A DNA stretch of 64,000 nucleotides, taken from Chloroflexia bacterium. Its GTDB lineage: Bacteria; Chloroflexota; Chloroflexia; QHBQ01; JADMIH01. Location: positions 64,590-128,589 of the forward strand of contig JBBRDO010000001.1 of the NCBI GenBank assembly GCA_038203825.1, in the 5' to 3' direction. Position numbers and translations under genes: made by a program. The notes under the pieces are model-generated. The model did no database searches and was not told the origin of the DNA. It worked only from the letters and a program-made list of their open reading frames with translations. Each line of letters starts with the position of its first letter. Position 1 is the first letter of the stretch. This document shows positions 27,631 through 36,139 of the stretch, piece after piece.

Positions 27631-29396
27631 TCAATACTGTAGGGCTTGTTTGATCTGATCGACAGTCAAATGTCTGATGTTGCGGAAGATGCGTACGGTG
27701 GGGTGATCGAACACTTGAAATGTCTCTTCGGTACTATCGTCTGGGAAAACCAGCGGTCCAAGCCGGGGCGAGCTCTGAAACGTGGCCACGGGCGCGTACC
27801 CCAGGTCACCAGCGAACAGCAACCGGTAATAGCGCCCCATGAGTCGGAAGTTGGGCAGGCGCGGTAATGTACCTGACCAACGCCTGCTGGCTATTACCAG
27901 ATATTCCCCTCCGGCAAGTTCGGATGCCATCCTAGACAACTTTGCAGGCGAATCGGGTGTTGTAGGCGCTATGACTCCGAGCTTATAGGTCTGCACCGGG
28001 TATGCTGCGTCCGGAATCGGGATCAACGTGTCCTTGTCCTCCACCACTACACTCGTGCCCGCAGGCACGGTACTGTGAAACCAGTCAGTTGCCGCCAGCC
28101 TTGTGTCGGCGAAGCATAGATGGTAAGAAACGCGAGCCCCCACAGCGCGCTGAATGTTACCACCATCGCCGCAATAGCGCGCGAAAGCGTTCGCAAACTA
28201 GCACCTTTGCTCTCACCCCACGTCATCAGCGCGCCAATAGCCCCGGCCGCAAAGAGGCAGAGAAAAGGCACTAACAGCAGGGTGTGTCGCACGAACCGGG
28301 CCTCCCAGGTGCCTATGTACAGAAAATAAAGGGCAGGCCACAACGTAAGCAGAAGAGTGGGTAGCAGTTCTACCCGCCGAAGCACCATGCGCGTTACCGA
28401 TAGCGCCCAACCCACAACGCCGCTAATACCCGTGGCAAGACCCACGCTCCAGACTATCAGATTGCTCCCTTCGAACATGTAGGGCGTTGTGCCAATGAAT
28501 TGCCACGTGTAAACCAATGTGTACCCACCATTCAACTCTTGAGATTGTTCCACAAGAGCAGCCCGGAACTCGTTCCAGTCCAGCAAGTAGTAAGGCGATG
28601 CGACCAGAGCTATTACCCCGCCAATCGCCACGAAGACCAGATAACGAGAAGCACGGAGCAAGAACCGACTTTCACGGGATACCGGGCACTCGACACGAGA
28701 AAGGCGAGTGTTGGTATGACTATGAATGATGCTGCAGTGAGCTTAGTTGCGACTGCGAGGCCAAGCACAACTGCTGTCGCGACGAGGGTGCCCGTGCCTC
28801 CGCCATCAACAATTCGCAGAGATAGCCACAGAATGGCAACTCCCGCAAGCGTAACCATTGTATCCACGGTGCCGAAATGGGCAGCCTGGCTAAGTAGTGG
28901 GGCTGCGGCGGTGATAAAGGCCGCCACCAGCCCCGATGTAACGCCCAACAGTCGCCGCCCAACCAGGAAACACAAGGGGCAGCGTTAAAGTGCTGCAGAG
29001 AGCCGCGTAGAAGCGCCCAATCAATGCCAGGCGCGATGTGTCGAGCCAGTCCAACCCGGTGAGCCAGCGCAGCGCCTCGGCTGTGCCCTTGTACAGATAT
29101 ATCGGAAATGAACCATAGAAGAAGAAGTGCGGATTAAGGTCAGGCCCGAGCCTGCGAATTACCTGGTTAAGCGCCCACTCGTCCGGGTGAAGGTTATGAG
29201 CACCGCCGTCCCAGTTCAGGTTCCAGAAACGAGCCACGCCACCAAGCAGCGCTATGCAGAACAAAAGCAAGGTCGATAGACGTCCCCACGCGGCACGTTT
29301 TACTTCGTTAGGTGCTAGAGACTGCTCTTCAATTTCTGTATTGCCTGCTCTTGCTGCCACATTCGACTCCACGTGCTGATATGACATACAAGCCAC
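27631..29396 (-). pseudogene. ArnT/DUF2298-like GT-C glycosyltransferase gene split over four reading-frame segments (three frameshifts)
   Basis: The four minus-strand ORFs 29396-28890, 28975-28613, 28661-28047 and 28143-27631 read as one protein. The sequence runs ..RFWNLNWDGGAHNLHPDEWALNQV..NPHFFFYGSFPIYLY..TLTLPLVF / LVGRRLLGVTSGLVAAFITAAAPLL..ATKLTAASFIVIPTLAFLV / RASRYLVFVAIGGVIAL..WGLAFLTIYA / DTRLAATDWFHSTVPAG...EETFQVFDHPTVRIFRN. The junctions lie near 28970, 28640-28690 and 28105-28120. Confidence 0.65.
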
Positions 29397-29462
29397 TTAG
29401 CTGCATCTCACGTCTCGCACACCATGGCCGCTGCGGTCCCATCATAACCCAGAGCCCATTGA

Positions 29463-29491
29463 TTGACACCCTTAGCAGCCCACTCTATAAT
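29463..29491 (+). promoter_or_regulatory. Consensus sigma70 promoter upstream of the flippase gene
   Basis: TTGACA (29463-29468), an exactly 17-nt spacer, then TATAAT (29486-29491), about 90 nt upstream of the wzx start. Confidence 0.55.
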
Positions 29492-29581
29492 TCACCTGCA
29501 CTCGCGGCCAACTCAGTCACAATTCGCATAAGACAATTAACGGGAAGCCAAACGCTTAAAGTCCGCTTATGAATCGATAGC

Positions 29582-30898
29582 TTGGACCAACTGGACGTCG
29601 AAAATCCGACCCTCTGGATTCGTATCCTCAGCCTGGCACGCAGACGTGTAACCGGTGATTTGATTGTGACCTTCGGTGGTCGCGGGGTCCAAGTCTTACT
29701 GGGCTTGATTGGCAGTGTTGTCTCTGCTCGAGCCCTCGGTCCCTCTGAGCTTGGACGCTTCGGGATCATAATCTCAGTTATTATGGTCTTCGGCACTCTC
29801 GCCGACGCCGGACTTACCTATTCCGCAATCAGGCTTATCGCTCGCGGGGCTGAGCAGGATTATCAAAGAACTCAAGCGGTGGCGCGCAGTTACTTCTTGC
29901 TTCGCGTGCTGACGGGCGTGACAGTGGCTCTCCTGGGCATTCCTCTGTCGTGGCCCCTGGCCTGGGCGCTCGGCTATCCGGACCTTGTGCCCTTACTGCA
30001 ACTGTCCTTCCTGACTCTGTTCAGTCTCTCTTTGAGCAGTTATCCTGGCACCATACTGATCGGGCTGTCAAAGTTCAAAGAATACGGCGTCGCCGGGGTT
30101 CTGAATGCAGTCATCACGGTAAGCGGTATCCTTGTCCTGTACTTCACAGGCGTCCTTTCGCTTGGCACACTGATCGCGTGGAACGTGTTACTTCCACTCG
30201 TGAGCTCTATACCAGCCTGGTTGCTGATGCCGAAGGAGTGGCTCCCATGGAGACTATGGACAAAGCCGGATCCACGTTTGGGAGATGAGGTCAGGCGAGA
30301 GCTGGTTAATTTCGCAAAGTGGATGGGCGTGTCCCTGGTGGGCACTGTGCTGGTTACACAGGGCGACATCCTGCTGCTGGGCAGGCTGACCACTCCGGCA
30401 GTGGTTGGCGTCTACTCGGTCGCGCTTGCGCTCGCATCACGCCTCGACACTCTCAACCAGAGCCTCTTTACGGTCATGATGCCTCGCGCCAGTCGTCTCG
30501 AAGGCGGAACAAATATGCGGCAATACTGGAGGCGAGTTGCACTAGGATCGCTGGCACTGGCAGGCGCGCTGGCACTGGCTGCAGTGGTTGCCCAACCTGT
30601 TATTATCTTGCTCTATGGTGAGCGGTATGCTGCTTCGGCGGGACTATTCTTCGCCCTGCTTGGAGTGGTACTGTTTGATCTCGCAACCAGTTCTCTCTTC
30701 CTGCTTGTCTTTCCGCTCAACAGGCCGCGTCTACTTGCCGCTGCCGATTGGCTGCGCGTGGTCGTTCTGGGCGGTTCAGGTTGGCTGCTCATTCCCCTCT
30801 ATGGAGCCTTCGGCGCAGTTGTTGCTCGGTTCCTGGCCCGCGTAATCGGCACCACAGTGGTTTTGCTAAGTTTGCGCCGCTCGATAAATGAAGAATAA
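29582..30898 (+). CDS. wzx: Oligosaccharide/polysaccharide flippase (MOP superfamily, Wzx-like)
   Basis: 438 aa with about 12-14 TM segments. The N-terminus LIGSVVSARALGPSELGRFGII is typical of Wzx/polysaccharide biosynthesis proteins. The TTG start is uncertain. Confidence 0.7.
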   Translation: MDQLDVENPTLWIRILSLARRRVTGDLIVTFGGRGVQVLLGLIGSVVSARALGPSELGRFGIIISVIMVFGTLADAGLTYSAIRLIARGAEQDYQRTQAVARSYFLLRVLTGVTVALLGIPLSWPLAWALGYPDLVPLLQLSFLTLFSLSLSSYPGTILIGLSKFKEYGVAGVLNAVITVSGILVLYFTGVLSLGTLIAWNVLLPLVSSIPAWLLMPKEWLPWRLWTKPDPRLGDEVRRELVNFAKWMGVSLVGTVLVTQGDILLLGRLTTPAVVGVYSVALALASRLDTLNQSLFTVMMPRASRLEGGTNMRQYWRRVALGSLALAGALALAAVVAQPVIILLYGERYAASAGLFFALLGVVLFDLATSSLFLLVFPLNRPRLLAAADWLRVVVLGGSGWLLIPLYGAFGAVVARFLARVIGTTVVLLSLRRSINEE

Positions 30899-31192
30899 TA
30901 GGGGATTTTGCTCCTCTCTAATTTCTTGCCATTTACGCCGCAGCGGCGTGTACACGCCGGAAGGGTGCCGCCAGCCTGGTAAAATACGGGACAGAAGGCC
31001 GGGCCATTTTGTGCACGAGTGATGCAAATTTGAATTTCACTGCTTTGTGGTTTTTGGTTCCACTATTTCACCTGTTAACCACCTGATAGAGTTGGGAGAC
31101 ATTGAAGCCGATATCTCGCACGAATACCAGAATAGAACGATAGGCGGCCAAGAGTTGCTCGGTTTCCAGCTCAGCATATTGCGAACAGAGAT

Positions 31193-31648
31193 TCAGCGTG
31201 CCCCTGGTTTTGACTTACCTTCGAGAATGTCCTTCATCCGCTCAAGACTCTGCTGATTCTCAGCCGGCACCTGCTCCTTCCGCATCAACAGTATCTGCTC
31301 TCCGAGCGTACCAATCGGTTCAAAGCGGACGCTCTGCACGAGATGCGTGCCGCCGTTTCGCCCGCTCAATGCCATGGTCCAGCGTGTTCGAAATATCTGG
31401 TAATCAGTGGACTCCCAGCCGATTAGAGTAGGTCGATCGAGTGCGCTAATGCGCGCAAAGCTCACAAGTTCTTGCGGCAAGGTTTCGCTAGCTTTGAACT
31501 CGGTGCCCACGCCAACAGGCCCGGGCGTAACCTGCTCAAGCTTCGCAACGCTCATTGACCACTCAGCATGCCGCCAAAAATCTGCCAGGTAACCATACAC
31601 GTCGTCAGGCGGCCTGGCAATATCGATACTTGTCTCATACTCCCACAT
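31193..31648 (-). CDS. SRPBCC (START/polyketide cyclase-like) ligand-binding protein
   Basis: 151 aa. The opening MWEYETSIDIARPPDDVYGYLADFWRHAEWS is the typical SRPBCC N-terminal pattern. It overlaps the upstream cyclase gene by 14 nt. Confidence 0.7.
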   Translation of the reverse strand: MWEYETSIDIARPPDDVYGYLADFWRHAEWSMSVAKLEQVTPGPVGVGTEFKASETLPQELVSFARISALDRPTLIGWESTDYQIFRTRWTMALSGRNGGTHLVQSVRFEPIGTLGEQILLMRKEQVPAENQQSLERMKDILEGKSKPGAR

Positions 31649-34600
31649 GTTGTCCCCCTCCTATGACCTTTCGTACGTGAGCCGTCGCTAGAAACGAATT
31701 GCGTAGCGAAGGCTGCGGCAGTCGCTCAGCAATATGCGCAATTATACCTTGCGCCTCCTCACGGTATGCTTCAGCCGTGAGCGCGTTTCCCCGAGCTCTT
31801 TCGAGCTCGGCCAGGGCGATGAGGATTTGCCACAGGTCCCAAGGCGCGCCCAGCGTTTCCGCCTCAGCACGCCCTTGCTCCAGGCTCTCACCCGCAGCTT
31901 GGGCTTGTCCGAGCTCCCGCTGCGCCCGCGCAAGAATGAAAAGCGTCTCCGGAATGAACAGACGCATCTCGGAAGTGCGTATTTGGTTAAGAAACGCCTG
32001 CGCCAAATTGAGGACACCCGCGTAATCATTTTGCGCCATGCTGAGGTGGAGACTCCCAAACGTTATAAATGCCGAAAAAAGTGGGTCATAGTTGTGCTCA
32101 GTGCCTTGATACGACTTCATGAGTGACGCTGCTTTATCGAGTTTTCCGGCCAGCAAAAGGGTTTGGATGAGCGACGCTGCCGCATAGGGGCTTAATGCCG
32201 CATAGTGCGCTACTGCAAATTCAAGAGCGCGCTCCGCGAACTGGATGCCCTGTGAGGTCGCGCCCAGCTTGGCATAAACGATGGCAAGATCCGCGCGAGT
32301 TATCACTTGCGGGATGAGATAACCAGACAAATCACTCAAGCGCAGCGTTTCCTCCATCGACTCGATAGCTCTTCCCGGCTCGCCACACGCCCAATAGACC
32401 ATGCCTACGGTGGATAGACTGTAGGTTTGCCCCCACAGATTGCCTATAGACCGGCTAATCTTGAGGGCCTCTTCACCTGCCTGGAGCGTATTCGGAAAGT
32501 CGCCGTGGAAGATTCCATTTAGCGCCATTGTCGCTAGACTGTCGGCGAGCATCGGGAGGTTGCCGAGTTCGCGCCACAGCCGCGTCGCTTCCTCTATCGT
32601 GGCTCTTGCCTGGGCGAAATCTCCGCTAAAAGTATAGACATGGGCGCTATCGTTGAGCGTGAACGCCAATTGCTCCCGCAGGTTCAACTCACGCGCGATT
32701 GCCGCCGATTTTTCACCGGCGGTACGCGCTTCCTCCAATCGACGCGTTAGACGATAAAGATTACACAGATTCCAGTAAACTTTGGCCTCGACTACGCGGT
32801 CGTTTAACTCCCGCGCCATTTGCGCGGTGCGATTCGCCAGCTCCTCTCCCAGATCCGGATTGAATTCCGGATTCGGAGTGCAGCGGATCTGGCACTGCGC
32901 TGCTAATGCCGCCAGCTCCAGACCGCGGTCGCCGCGCGTCCGGGCGAGGGCTTGCATCTCCTCATAATAGTCTAACGCAGCTTTGAACTGCGAGGCCAAT
33001 TCCAACACACGCCCACGTCGCTGGAGCAAATCGCACAGCAATTGGCTGCCTGCGCCTGAATCGCGGCGGGCAAGATTCAGAGCGCGTGTGTAATGCGTTA
33101 GGGCCTCGACGTTGGCATGCACGCGCGCGGCCACACCTCCGGCGCGCATCGAGAACTCTAGCGCCTTCACATCGTTACCGGCCTCGGCATAGTGTTGTGC
33201 CAACAGCGGAGAGTATTCGTCCAACTGATCGGCAAACATCTGCTCTATCGATTCTGCGACGTAGAGATGAATCTTGCGCCGCGATTGTTTCAGCAAAGTG
33301 GCGTACGCCGTCTCTTGCGTGAGCGCATGTTTGAAGATGTAGGCCGGATCGATCTCTTTGGTGCGCCGTAGGAGTTGCGCGGCTTCAAGTTTGTCAAGTT
33401 GCTTTTCAACCGGCAACGTCCATTCCTTTGTCACCTGCATTTCCAGAACACGCTCCAACACTTTGACGCTAAATTTGCGCCCGATCACCGCCGCAATTTG
33501 TAGTATGTGTTTCGCCACTTCGGACAGTTGATCGATACGCGCGGTCAACACGCCTTGCAGGGTGTCGGGGATATCGATGCTGCTGATTTCATGTGTAACG
33601 ACCCACTGACCGGCCTGGAACGCGATGCCGCCGCGATCAATCAGCATCCGCAAGACTTCCTCCACGAAGAACGGATTGCCATCAGCTTTAGCGAGGATCA
33701 ACTGCCGGAGCGATTCGGGCAGCGATTCGACATTGAGCAAGTTGTTGATGAGCTGCCGGCTGTCGTCCTCCGAAAGCGGCGCGAGGTAGACCTCGGTGGC
33801 GCCTATACCCGCGATTTCGCGCGCCTGCGCGATCAATTTCCAGCCTGCCGATGTTGGGTCGTTACGTGTGACAAACACAAAGACAACCGGGGCGTTCGCC
33901 GCAATCGGGATGATTTGCGAGCAAAGCTCAGTGGAGGAGGGGTCTGCCCAGTGAATGTCCTCGCACACGATGACGAGCGGCGCGGTATGCGACAGCGCCT
34001 GCAGCAATCGTTTGTACGCGGCGATGTATTGCGCTTGCAGAGCGGGGCCCTCGAGATATTTCACGCGTGCCGCCGCTTCGTCTTCCAATCTCAATCCGAG
34101 CAAATGGCCCAGGAATGGATAGATTTCTCTGCCGTCGGCGCCCAAAGAGTCGAGCGTGTGCCGGAGCGCGGCGTGTGTCTCTTCTGCCGACGAGCCCGAT
34201 GGAGCGCTGATCAGCGCGCGCAAAATCTCTGTGCTAAGATGATGCGCAATGGATGAGGCGTAGGACAAACAGCGTGCTTCTATCCAGCGCACCGGAGGGT
34301 CCATTTCGGTGAAAGCGGCTTTGCGCCATTCGGCAATCAGACGTGACTTACCCAGTCCAGCCTCGCCAATGACGGCTATAATTGAACCCTCTCCCGTGCG
34401 CGCGTCCGAAATGACTTGCATCAATGTCGAGAATTCGCGTTGGCGACCGACCATGGGCGAAGCCAACCCCGCGATGCCGCGCGTTTGAGTAACGCCCTTG
34501 CGCTCGCTGATCGGCCGATACGTTTGAACCGATTCTTCTTTGCCTTTAACGGCGATCTTGCCGAAATCCTCGAATTCAAACAATGGCGCAATGAGCCGAT

Positions 34601-35339
34601 GCGTGCTCTCTGAAATGAGAATCGTGTTCGGTTCGGCAGCGGTCTGCATCCGCGAGGCAAGATTGATTGCATCACCCATCGCGGTATATTCCGATTTCAA
34701 GTTATTACCTATGTTTCCGACGACGACGAGTCCGGTGTTTAAGCCGATGCGGACACCAAAGTCCAGACCTTGTTCCGATTGCAGTTTTTCGCGGTACTGA
34801 TTCATACCGGAGAGAATAGCGAGCGCGGCCAGCACACCGCGCTGAGGGTCGTCTTCATGCGCAATGGGCGCGCCGAAGAACGCCAGGATCGCGTCGCCCA
34901 TTAGCCGCGCGACTATGCCCTCGTAGCGGTAAATAGGCTCAATAAGAAACTCAAACGCGCTGTTCATGATCTCGGCCCAGTCTTCCGGGTCAAGTTTCTC
35001 CGCCAGGGCTGTCGATCCTTTGATATCGGCAAAGAGAATCGTGACGATGCGGCGCTCGCCTTCGACACCCCCTGCGAGCGCGGCGGCAATTTTGGACGCT
35101 ATCTCTTTTGTCACATATCGATCGATTAGTGCTTGTGGTGATGCGGCGGCGCGAACGGGTGTTGCCGGGGGTGCTGCCGAGGGCGCAGGGTGCAGAGTGT
35201 AACCGCAATTCTTGCAAAAGCGCGCACCTGGCGACGTGGGCCTGCCGCAGTTGGGGCATGTCATCTCCAGCGACTTGCCACAGTTCTCGCAGAACTTTGC
35301 GTCACCGGGATTTTCAAACGAGCAGTTTGTGCATTTCAT
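31635..35339 (-). CDS. Double zinc-ribbon + class III adenylate/guanylate cyclase + STAND P-loop NTPase + TPR signalling protein
   Basis: 1234 aa. Zinc ribbons: CTNCSFENPGDAKFCENCG and CPNCGRPTSPGARFCKNCG. Cyclase domain: VTILFADIKGSTAL...RLMGDAILAFFGAP...RIGLNTGLVVVGNIG...YTAMGDAINLASRM. Walker A: GEAGLGKSRL. The C-terminal half has degenerate TPR-like repeats. Confidence 0.88.
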   Translation of the reverse strand: MKCTNCSFENPGDAKFCENCGKSLEMTCPNCGRPTSPGARFCKNCGYTLHPAPSAAPPATPVRAAASPQALIDRYVTKEIASKIAAALAGGVEGERRIVTILFADIKGSTALAEKLDPEDWAEIMNSAFEFLIEPIYRYEGIVARLMGDAILAFFGAPIAHEDDPQRGVLAALAILSGMNQYREKLQSEQGLDFGVRIGLNTGLVVVGNIGNNLKSEYTAMGDAINLASRMQTAAEPNTILISESTHRLIAPLFEFEDFGKIAVKGKEESVQTYRPISERKGVTQTRGIAGLASPMVGRQREFSTLMQVISDARTGEGSIIAVIGEAGLGKSRLIAEWRKAAFTEMDPPVRWIEARCLSYASSIAHHLSTEILRALISAPSGSSAEETHAALRHTLDSLGADGREIYPFLGHLLGLRLEDEAAARVKYLEGPALQAQYIAAYKRLLQALSHTAPLVIVCEDIHWADPSSTELCSQIIPIAANAPVVFVFVTRNDPTSAGWKLIAQAREIAGIGATEVYLAPLSEDDSRQLINNLLNVESLPESLRQLILAKADGNPFFVEEVLRMLIDRGGIAFQAGQWVVTHEISSIDIPDTLQGVLTARIDQLSEVAKHILQIAAVIGRKFSVKVLERVLEMQVTKEWTLPVEKQLDKLEAAQLLRRTKEIDPAYIFKHALTQETAYATLLKQSRRKIHLYVAESIEQMFADQLDEYSPLLAQHYAEAGNDVKALEFSMRAGGVAARVHANVEALTHYTRALNLARRDSGAGSQLLCDLLQRRGRVLELASQFKAALDYYEEMQALARTRGDRGLELAALAAQCQIRCTPNPEFNPDLGEELANRTAQMARELNDRVVEAKVYWNLCNLYRLTRRLEEARTAGEKSAAIARELNLREQLAFTLNDSAHVYTFSGDFAQARATIEEATRLWRELGNLPMLADSLATMALNGIFHGDFPNTLQAGEEALKISRSIGNLWGQTYSLSTVGMVYWACGEPGRAIESMEETLRLSDLSGYLIPQVITRADLAIVYAKLGATSQGIQFAERALEFAVAHYAALSPYAAASLIQTLLLAGKLDKAASLMKSYQGTEHNYDPLFSAFITFGSLHLSMAQNDYAGVLNLAQAFLNQIRTSEMRLFIPETLFILARAQRELGQAQAAGESLEQGRAEAETLGAPWDLWQILIALAELERARGNALTAEAYREEAQGIIAHIAERLPQPSLRNSFLATAHVRKVIGGGQHVGV

Positions 35340-35864
35340 CGACAGTCTTTATCAGGTGGCTTCAGCAGAACACGCCCCTCAGTCTATTACATATTTCGCC
35401 CAATGTCACATCATCTTCAACGCACGCTAGATAGGGTGACGCTTCGTCCCTGGTGGAGCGACGACCCTGTGCGGATGAACGAGAGAGGCCGCGACCCTGG
35501 TGGGCGCTTGTATTGTGAGTCGATGGCGTGCTACCGCAGACTGGACATCCGTGTCCAAAGTCCAAATAATCGGAGATCCCCACGCACGTTGCTAGCACGA
35601 CCAAGCATTAACCATTTGATTAACCAACATAGCTAACTCCCTTAACTTCGTTAGAAAAAATCAGGAAACGAGAGCTACAACCAGGTTGGCTCCCCGGCTG
35701 CGTCCGTAAGACCTCCGATCAGGTAAGCGGAATTCTTTGACTGATACTACGCAAATTGTCTGCGGGTCGGATATGAGCAAGAGGAAGGCGCACCAGGTTA
35801 GTCATGTCATTCTGAATACCGCGCTAACTAAGGTATGGCAGGAAAGCGAACCCTTTTGGGTGGT

Positions 35865-35981
35865 GTCATTCTGAAAGCAGTGAAGAATCAGTTGGCTTGC
35901 CTCATGGTTCGCGATCAAGCAACCTTGCTGACAACGCACATTCGGGTAAGGAGGTCGATTCTTCGCTGCGTTCAGAATGAC
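35865..35981. repeat. Palindromic (MITE/REP-like) element with 25-nt imperfect inverted arms around a 67-nt core
   Basis: GTCATTCTGAAAGCAGTGAAGAATC (35865-35889) pairs with GATTCTTCGCTGCGTTCAGAATGAC (35957-35981) at 23/25 positions. A third partial arm GTCATTCTGAAT lies at 35806-35817. Confidence 0.8.
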
Positions 35982-36139
35982 AAATCCGGGTTTAGCGCTC
36001 TATCTTCCTGCTTTGCTGCCTCTGCGTAACATGAGTCTGCCGTTTCGTCACGACGGAGGGAAATGGCGCGGCCGCCGGCACAGCAAGTGCTCTACCGGCG
36101 GGGGAATGTTCAGCACTGACGACTTCGTGGTCCGACGTA

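Noticed and set aside
31068-31205. Minus-strand open frame reading ..CSQYAELETEQLLAAYRSILVFVRDIGFNVSQLYQVVNR*, just downstream of the SRPBCC gene
   Set aside because: It looks protein-like, but it is only about 45 codons between stops and has no ATG/GTG/TTG start near its 5' end. It may be a gene remnant, but it cannot be supported as a feature.
33507-34256. 249-aa plus-strand ORF inside the cyclase-STAND-TPR gene
   Set aside because: It is an antisense shadow ORF. The minus-strand frame carries the Walker A motif and continuous domain motifs.
36072-36101. Hairpin CCGCCGG-N16-CCGGCGG, 40-70 nt downstream of the exoprotein stop, as a possible terminator
   Set aside because: The stem is only 7 bp with a large loop and no U-tract on the transcribed strand. 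This is too weak to call.
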